DNA of 64,000 nucleotides from Paramecium tetraurelia (taxonomy: Eukaryota): the NCBI GenBank assembly GCA_000165425.1, contig CT868119.1, positions 62,001 through 126,000 of the forward strand. The letters are read 5' to 3'. The notes beneath the pieces are model-generated. The model was not told the origin of the DNA. It saw only the letters and a list, made by a program, of their open reading frames with translations, and made no database searches. The stretch's first letter is position 1, and every line of letters begins with the position of its first letter. Shown in pieces: positions 55,647-64,000 of the stretch. A program made the position numbers and the translations under genes.

Positions 55647-56661
55647 TTTAATTATATTAATAAAATATATGTAAATATAATATCACAATTAAACATTGAA
55701 TATTAAATGGGTTTCATAATTTTTACAAAATCCTATATAGTTATATTCAAGTCGAAGTCCTTTTTATTTTTCTTTATAGTAATAGTGTATTTATTTTAAA
55801 TCAAATGCTGTATTAATTCACAGGATTAAACTTTATTTTTAACTTAAACCCCACAATATTTCAATTTCAATTCTTTTAACTGTTTCAAATAGATTTTTTT
55901 CTTCCTTAGTTCCATTAAAAATAAAAACTCAATAAGGTCATGTGTCTTTAATCCTTACTAAGCAACTTTAGTTTGAAATAGTTCATTATAAATTATTAGA
56001 ATCCTTAGAAAAAGGAAAAAATTTTATTAATAAAATTTCTCAACTCAACCATTTTATGAGAAATATTATTTGCAAGGGTGATTAATCAGTAATGGCTGCT
56101 ATATAAAACTCTTTCTGATATCTAATTAATCTGAAATATTTTATGAACTGGTTAGTTTAATTTAATAAATAATTAATTTAGTAATCTAAAAATGTTAATA
56201 TAAATGATTATTTCTGTAATTAGAAGGTGAAGTAAAATACATCATTAAAAATTTCAACACTAATTTGCTGTATGATCTAAGCAATATAATTAAATAAATA
56301 ATAATATCAAATCCTATTCTTTTATATTAATTGCAAAGCTAAAGAAGTCATTCTTCTCCAATTTAACTAAAATACTTTGTTGTTGAATTAAATTATAATG
56401 TTATGAGTTTTTATCAATAAATTTTTTATATCTTCTTATTTTAATTTTTTATTTTATGGAATCCTTAAATTGCATCATTTTATCTTCTTAATTTCCTATC
56501 AAATTAAAGGTATAAAAATTATTTAGCTTGATTTTTAAACTTTAACATCCTTTACGATAAATAAGTATTATAATTTACTGAAAATAAAGTGCTCAACATT
56601 AATTTTCAATGAATTAAAAGATAATTATTAATATTAATATATTTTTCAAGATATATTGAAA

Positions 56662-57077
56662 ATGATCTGTTGCAGTAGCAAAAAGAGTAAATAGCAAACT
56701 TCAGAAATAACTAAAAAGAGAAGCAAAATATTATCTGTATTCGATTCTTTATTTTATTTTTCTAGGATTTTATAGAAGAAATAAACAACGAAGCTATGAC
56801 TCTCTATTAATCACCAAACTGTCAAAATCTTTCTATTATGTTTTAATATTCTGGAGAACCTTAAACAATGAAGTATAGTGTTTCTATTATATATTTAAGA
56901 TCAAGCTCTAATACAAAAATTTGTAGATCAGTTGAACGCTTAGCTAGTCCAATTCCCAACATTACACCAAGAAAAACTTCCTTTAATATTTTCAAATGTG
57001 CAAAAACAAACCAAAATACAAAGTTTATATCGACGAAAAGTGGTTTCACATTATTAGTAACAAAGGCACGCTTATGA
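56662..57077 (+). CDS. Small basic protein with N-terminal di-cysteine (MICCSSKK)
   Basis: ORF with 30-nt intron; possible palmitoylation motif. Confidence 0.6.
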
Positions 57078-58282
57078 TGATTTCTCTATATTATTATTGC
57101 TCAAAATTCTCAAATTAATTTCATAAGCTTTTGCCTTTATAATTGTTTAAAGGTCAATTGAACTTTTTTATCTAAAAAATACTCAATTATTTTAAAATTT
57201 CTTACTTGAATAGTAAAATTAGATAAATAAATTGTATAAATTAATATATTAAAAAGAATATCCTATGCACACACGAACTTTCAACTTATAACAGTGTAGA
57301 TGCATCTAATTATAGTCTAATATAATATAATTATAGATGTTTCAATCTGAGATCTAAAAATTGGGCTAATTTTCTTCTATTATAATTTATTGTAGATTAT
57401 TAATTTAATAATTTATTTAATTAAAATAATTACACTTTATACTAAAAGAAATGAAATTTCGGTTTCTTAAGTTTATTCTTTGAAAAAAAATGCCATCATC
57501 TGAATTTTAGAATTTCTTACCTATCAACATTGCATCCTTTGAATGCTTTCTTTTTCATATAAACTGTTTTGTTATCATACTTATTTTATTTAACCTTATT
57601 AAATTCTGGAATTAATTTAGTAAAATTCATAAACTCAATTGTTAGTAAATTTCATCATATTTATTATTACTTTAATACTACTGATGTATAAGAAAGATAT
57701 TCAGAAGCTTTGATAATATTAGAGATTTAACTTCCGATTTGTTATATTTTTAAATCGTTGATAAGATTGCTGATCAAAACGATTAGCCAAAATCCAATTA
57801 TTTAATTAGATTAAATTGAAATAGGGAGGAGCCTTATTAAATTGTGGAATATTTCATAGATTATAGCTAAGCACTTCTAATCTTTATTCTTTTTCTCTAG
57901 AATTATCAAATTTTCAATCGATTCAAGATTCAATGTTAAGATTTTATTTACATGTTTAAATTGTTGAATTAAAAATTTTGCATTAAATAGAGTCATTTTA
58001 TTTGTTTCAATAAAAGAATGATCAAATTTTCATTATTAATATTATTAATAAATTAATTTTTCTGTAGATCATTTTATATTTAGAAATTTAATTAAAAATA
58101 CTAAGAGGACAATGAAATATAAACATTAATTATACATGATAGGAATATATCTTAAATATTAATGAAGATTAAAAAATCTTTTATTTAAAAGTTAATCATT
58201 TTTTTTTCAATTTAGTCTATTCTTTTAAGAATGAAAATTAATAATTTATTAAGACTCATTATTTATAAATTTATTTCTTAAA

Positions 58283-58834
58283 ATGAATGACTAATTAAAA
58301 AGGATGGAAAAAGGGAAAAATAACAGATGCAGATTGCTACATAAAGTCTACACTTAAAAAAAGAAGGCACCATTAAATAATATGAGTTTCCAAATAAGAG
58401 TTTAAAATATGATAAAGCAGATTCGGGTTGATTAATTTGAGAGAAGTCGCTGCTTAAGTGAATACGAAAATAGGTTTCCATACATCTAAAGATTGAATCC
58501 AATTACCAGACCTTAAAACATAGAACCTTTAAATTTAAAGCTAAGCACAATCCGTACTACTTCTCGATAAAGCAACTTAATTATTGATGGGACTATTAAG
58601 AAAGAGTAATAAAAAAATAATTCTCAAGCAAGTTTAGATTTAAATCTTAGACTTACCTCAAGTCCTTAAAGATTTTATAATAAGAATAAAATCTCAATAT
58701 AGGCATTAATGTTGAAAGATATAATTACTTTAAAAGAATAGAAAATAAAAATAGACTAGCGAACATAAGCAGAATCAAATTTTTTCTAAAATATATCTAG
58801 TTGGTCTAGAAAATCTTCTGATAGTATTATTTGA
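58283..58834 (+). CDS. Small basic hypothetical protein
   Basis: Intronless code-6 ORF MNDQLKRMEKGKNNRC...SSDSII*. Confidence 0.55.
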
Positions 58835-59233
58835 TTTGTATATATACCCTTGATCTTTTAAGGTTTTAATGATTTAATAATGATTTCTCTTCCAATTTAT
58901 ACTAATTCTATTGAAGTTTCAATTGAACATCATATATATTTTTAATAGTCTACTGAAATCTAAATGATTATTAAACCTAAATAGAATTAGATATCATATA
59001 TTTGAAATTTTGTTCAGCTTTTAAATTTGACATTCTTTGAGAAGCTTTAATAAAGGTAATTTGATGAGAAAACTAGAACCATATCATTTTATATATAATG
59101 CAAAATTTAATTATACCGAATTTTCTTAGCCAAAGAAATGAATTTGTAAAGAAAATAAAATATATTCTTAGAATAGGAGAGACTCAAATTGCTATTTATT
59201 TATTTGTTTGAATAATTTACTATATTGTATTAA

Positions 59234-59539
59234 TCATTTGGGTACGTCCTTCTTTCTTTATCTTCTTTATTCAACTTATTTCTTTCTTTCCTCTTCAATT
59301 AAATCCTTTCTTCCTGCATGCCAATTTGGTCCTTTTCTCTTTTATTAAGGTCCAGCTCCAGCAGCAGCAGCTGATCCAAATCTAATATATTATTTCATAT
59401 ATCAAAACCTTCTGTTGAAGCAAATTCTTTTGTATGCTCTTCCTTTTGGGATTTTGTGTCTTCTAACTTGCTTCTCAATTTTTGGTGTTTGTTTTCTGAC
59501 TTTACCTGCTTTGGCCAATGTTCCGTGAAGTTTTCCCAT
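59234..59539 (-). CDS. RPS30: 40S ribosomal protein S30 (eS30), no ubiquitin-like fusion
   Basis: [23 protein letters not shown]...[14 protein letters not shown]...KGPN; one 27-nt intron. Confidence 0.95.
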
Positions 59540-59575
59540 AATAATTATTTTTAATAAAAAAGATTTAAATTTTTT

Positions 59576-59596
59576 TGATTAATCAATGAGATTGCA
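59576..59596 (-). promoter_or_regulatory. Candidate ribosomal-protein promoter element upstream of RPS30
   Basis: Palindrome TGATTAATCA followed by ATGAGATTGCA about 37 nt from the ATG; similar element upstream of RPS23. Confidence 0.4.
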
Positions 59597-59619
59597 GTCT
59601 AAAGGGGTGTTCTGTACTA

Positions 59620-60910
59620 AATGAATTTGCAGAGATAAATAATAACTAAAATGTCGATAAGGTTTATGATTAGATCCATTGATATTCTTAATAAAAACAA
59701 AGAACATGAATTACAACGATATATATTATAATAAAAGTGAGAAAAATGTTAGATTGGTTGTAAAATTGTATAAAATAAAAGAAAATCTCCAATTTGATAA
59801 AATATACATTGAAATTAAATCTCCTCAGAATGAAAAAATGAATTTAATCATAATTGTATTTAGTTTTCATAAAATTGCAAGAGGTGGAAATACATAACAA
59901 TTTCAAAATTCAATATAAGTGAATTTTTAACCTGAATAAGTTTAAGAGAGCTGTTCTACTTGAATAAATATATTATATAAACTAAATTAAAAGCTGAATT
60001 ATTAATTTAAATAATAATACTATATTCTAATAACACTCTCCCTTCCCGCATCTATTTAATACAGTGTAGCCTTTCAGAAAAGAACAAGTAAGCATATATT
60101 CTAATTATTTGAATTGATATTTACAATAGTTTACTATTTAAATATATAAGAAAAGGTTAATGAGCTTAATATTTCAGAAAAAAGAGATATATTCAGATTT
60201 TTAATTAATGAAATGAAAGCTAAATTTATCAATAAAAAATATAAATAAATTTGTAAACTAAAGATCGTAATAAAGATAAAAGTCTAATGATTTGACTCAA
60301 GGATATAAAAGGTCTCAAAGTTTATAGAACTCACTTGCAAGATGGACAAATATTATGATACTAATTAAAATTAAAAATTGAACTAAAATGGAATCAAAAG
60401 TTAAGATAATAATCTTTCAATAATTTTTATGTCACTGAGATAAAGAGACATTTAAAAAAATAAAATCATAGTCGAGAGGTCAAAGGTGAGTTTAATATGA
60501 TAACTTCCATTTGAATTAATTCGAATTTCAGTAATGTATCAAAATGGATTCATAAGATAAAGGAGAGTTTTGTTAACATAAACAAGTTTTTAGTCTGAAT
60601 AGTTATTTAGGACACATGTTTGTGATAGAACATAAAAAGAGGTTTTGCCCAATTTTTTAAGAAAATGTGCGACAATTAGAGATAAATTCAGAATGTGTAA
60701 CTTTGTATTAAGATATAAACAATTAAATAAAACATAAGGGAAGGAGGATCTTATATGTTAGATTATCTCAGAAGGCAAAATAAGGGATTTTAATGATGTA
60801 ATCAAATGTAAATTTACCTAATTTTAAAGAAAGGGTAAAGAAACAGAAAAGATGATAATGTATGTTATATAGTTTAAGGAAAAAATGAAGGACAGGCAAT
60901 AATGATTGAT
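59620..60910 (+). pseudogene. Probable decayed gene relic
   Basis: About 1.3 kb with purine-rich coding-like patches on the plus strand but multiple TGA stops and frame changes not explained by introns. Confidence 0.4.
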
Positions 60911-60968
60911 TGATAATATAAATCCTTAATATTTATATAAATAAATTTATTAGAAAATAAAGACTAAA

Positions 60969-61765
60969 ATGGAAGAAAAACAATTGACATTTTCTTAAAG
61001 ACATGCTTAGAAATTTAATGGGGCATTAATAGAGATGATATCGATGGCTTTATTTGCATATGGGTAAGAAAAATGTGAGAATTTAGAATTGTGTGCTCAG
61101 AAGGAAAGGATGGTAAGATAGCGTTAGCATTTTTTGGATCTTTAGCATTATGTGCACCAATTAGTGGTGGACATATAAATCCAGCTGTAATTTAGATGTA
61201 ATAAATAGGTGACATTAGCAATGTGGCTGACTAGATAAATATCAACTGGTACATGTTTACTATATTGGATTGCTTAACTGATTGGTGCATTTGGTGGCGG
61301 ATTCTTTTGTTATATGGTTTTGGGATAAATCAATAGTCCTATGGTGACTGATTTGAACTTTCATTGGATAATTGCAGACTTATGTGGTGAAGCTCTTGGA
61401 TCCTTCTCTTTCATTCTAATGATATTAATTTAATGTAAATTCTCTAAATAATTGAAAGGCAATCCCAAAACAACTTTCTCTGATAAACCAATTGCTAGTA
61501 TTATTCTTATAACTCTGTCATTGCATTTATCAAGATGCTACACTTCCCATTCTGGAGGTATTAAGAAGTTTAATATATAGGTTGTTTGAATCCTGGGATG
61601 GCAGTGGCCTTGGAATTATTTTAGGTTCTAAAGACTAATGAAGTCGAAAGATTGGATTCTATGTGGGTATTCATAGCTGGACCTTTTGCTGGAGCCATAG
61701 TTGCTGTTATATTCTTTAAATTAATTTATCAACCAGCATTTAATAGATATTATAAGAATGCATGA
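60969..61765 (+). CDS. Aquaporin (MIP family); loop motifs NPA / NPG
   Basis: ISGGHINPAVTLA, YWIAQLIGA, DLCGE, SGGCLNPGMA, WVFIAGPFAGA; four introns. Confidence 0.92.
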
Positions 61766-61800
61766 TATATATAAACAATTTTAATAATTTTAATTTAATA

Positions 61801-64000
61801 TCAACACCACTATTAGACATATTGCCAAACACAAATTACAGCTGATATATGAACATTTAAAGATCTAATAACTCCATACTGAGGAATCTCAACACAATTA
61901 TCCATTAGTTCTATGTATTCAATAGGTAATCCAGTCTTTTCTCTGCCCAACACTAAAACAGTCTTCTTGTCAAATTTGAAATTCACAATTGATTTGCTCT
62001 AACTTGTTTATTCTAATGCTACCAATTAATAACCTTATAATCTCTTTAGTTACAAGTAATTCATTAAATGATCTTCCTTGATTTCTAAAATTGGTAAATG
62101 CTATTCAGCACTCACACTAACAGCCTAATATTATTCATCCTATAAGATCTTTTTGTTGGGTAACACTAATTCTCTGCATCCAAATATTTCACAAGTTCTA
62201 GTCAGATGACCAAAATTAGGTATTTTTTCTAACAAAGTTGCTACAACAATGATGTCTCCTACAATTTATCTTGGTTGATATGCCTTAAATAAATCAAATT
62301 AATCCATTATCAAATTGATTTTCCTTTAGAAATTTAGTTATTACGAATATTGTGTACTCAACTATTATCTTTCGACATATTAAAACCAAGGAGGAGGGGG
62401 ATTTTCACTCATATTGTCTTCACTTTTGAGTTCAGCAATAGTTTGAGTGCATGTGTTCTTGAGTATTTCAATTATGGATGGATGAATAATCTCACCGAAT
62501 GTATCAAATTATATTGTTAATATTCCATCCAAATCGAAAGTTACCATCAATTTTTCATATCTTTCAATCAAAGCACCAATATTCTTAATGATCTTCTAGC
62601 ATTCCCTATTACTTTCAAAATATTCAATGAAGTCCTTGTATTCCAATTTCTGCTTCTTTATGTATTATAAACAAGTAGTTTGACAAAGAGATCTGATGTA
62701 GGCTACATTTGAACTAACTAAAGGAAATAGTTTATCAAAGAATTTCTATGAGAACTTATTTTATTAATTATGCAATAGGAAAATACACGATATGAAAGTA
62801 GTAGGGATTTGGATATTTACTTTTAATTTTGGATCACTCAAAGTTTAAATAATTCTTGGAGCCCAGATATCAGGGTAATTATCTATCAAAAAACTCATCA
62901 TCAACTCAATATATTATCTATACTGAGGATTGTTCAAAGTATCGAAAGCCTTCCAAATTAACTATTCCAATTCTACTAAATATTTCTTATCATCGCCAAA
63001 CACTTTCTGATAATTTTCTGGCTTCAATAAAAATTTTAAGCAACAAATATTCTACCATACATGCAATTTCATCCTGAATTATTTAGTGTATTGCATATAA
63101 GCATTCTTGTATCTATCCTTAATTGATACTTCTATCAAGAATTTAATGTAATACAACAATTCCTTTTCATACCCTCCTTGCTTTCCCAATTCAAATAAGA
63201 AATTGAATATCAAAAACCTTGGATATGCCCCAAAAAATTCCCCTTTGCATGAAATCAAATGCTTAACATTGTTTGCCAATGGGACGTATTATTCTGATGA
63301 TGCCAAAATTTCAGAAGAATCATACCCTCTCAATTCACTCCCTTTTATTAACTTAAATAGTATATAGTAAAATGTTGGTAATCTATTAGGATGTTTATGT
63401 AAACATATAATTAAATTATTTGCTATCTTCCTTTGTATAACCCATTGTTTTTAGTGCTGTTTCATTATCACTCTAATAACCTATTCAACTGCCTCATATA
63501 ATTCTCCTTCAAAAAAGCATGGATCAATAATAAAATCTACATATGCTAATATTTCATCTAAATTAGTATGAGTTCCAAACACATGCATCATCTATTGAAA
63601 AGAGTTTATTGCAACTTACTTAAATTGTTCACTTGATTCTTTATTGAATGCTATCTCTGGTCCATACACCGATCTTAATAATTAATACAAAGTTATTGAA
63701 TCATAAGCATTGAATTAATCAGTGATATCAATTATATTACTGATTAAATTTTATACTTAAGTATGGTATTCTTAAGGTTTATGATTTACTTCTCTGAATA
63801 ATGTTAAGATGTGACTTAAATAGTGTAAAGTCAAGTTTTTTAATTATCTATCTTACTCAATGCATTGCAATTTGCTTAATAATTACAAACCATATTTTAA
63901 AAATAGTTCTTCAACAAATAATCCTGTTTTATTTCTTTTGGCTTATTGTAATGCTATATTTGTAGCCTTTAAAGTCTTAATTAACAATTCTAAATGAATT
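61801..64000 (-). CDS. TRM3: tRNA Gm18 2'-O-methyltransferase Trm3/TARBP1 (SpoU domain), 5' part outside window
   Basis: IVVATLLEKIPNFGHLTRTCEIFG, LVALEQT, VLVLGREKTGLP, VEIPQYGVIRSLNVH. Confidence 0.92.

Noticed and set aside
59601..59612. Telomere-like GGGGTGTT and scattered single GGGGTT/GGGTTT hexamers
   Set aside because: Isolated copies with no tandem array; no evidence of a chromosome end.
183..63279. Most short ORFs in the six-frame track
   Set aside because: Computed with TAA/TAG as stops and without introns; they are exon fragments or antisense shadows of code-6 genes.
1..64000. Retained IESs, transposons, tRNA/rRNA genes, CRISPR arrays
   Set aside because: Apart from INTS11 and the decayed fragments, ORF interruptions are explained by GT..AG introns; no transposase, long terminal inverted repeat, cloverleaf or repeat-spacer pattern was seen. 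IESs in spacers cannot be excluded by eye.

Overview
Gene-dense, very AT-rich eukaryotic DNA from a ciliate, most likely a Paramecium macronuclear chromosome. The evidence is threefold: TAA/TAG are read as Gln (e.g. in the invariant KQPNSA motif of uS12), TGA is the only stop, and genes carry many 19-32 nt GT..AG introns with very short spacers. The supplied standard-code ORF track is therefore mostly misleading. Read by hand with genetic code 6, the window holds about 45 genes. They include VPS33, a SNF1/AMPK-like kinase, RPS23, INTS11/CPSF73L, an LRR protein, an FCP1/SCP phosphatase, a pseudokinase-LRR fusion, a CCCH protein, two atypical aquaporins, a PP2C, CHMP1, SF-assemblin, GCLC, ribophorin II, RSPH4/6, proteasome beta2, a DnaJ, an NDT80/CudA-like protein, a CDPK7-like kinase, an HP1-like protein, CK1, a B-box protein, DNAL4, RPS30 and TRM3. 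No tRNA, rRNA, transposon, telomere array or retained IES was recognised. The best leads are two identical single-T frameshifts in an otherwise intact INTS11, a candidate p53/NDT80-fold transcription factor, an intronless pseudokinase-LRR protein, an HP1-like protein with a broken aromatic cage, a motif shared upstream of both ribosomal-protein genes, and possible structured ncRNAs. All calls are from manual translation and remembered family motifs; no database searches were run, and no complete new system could be demonstrated from sequence alone.
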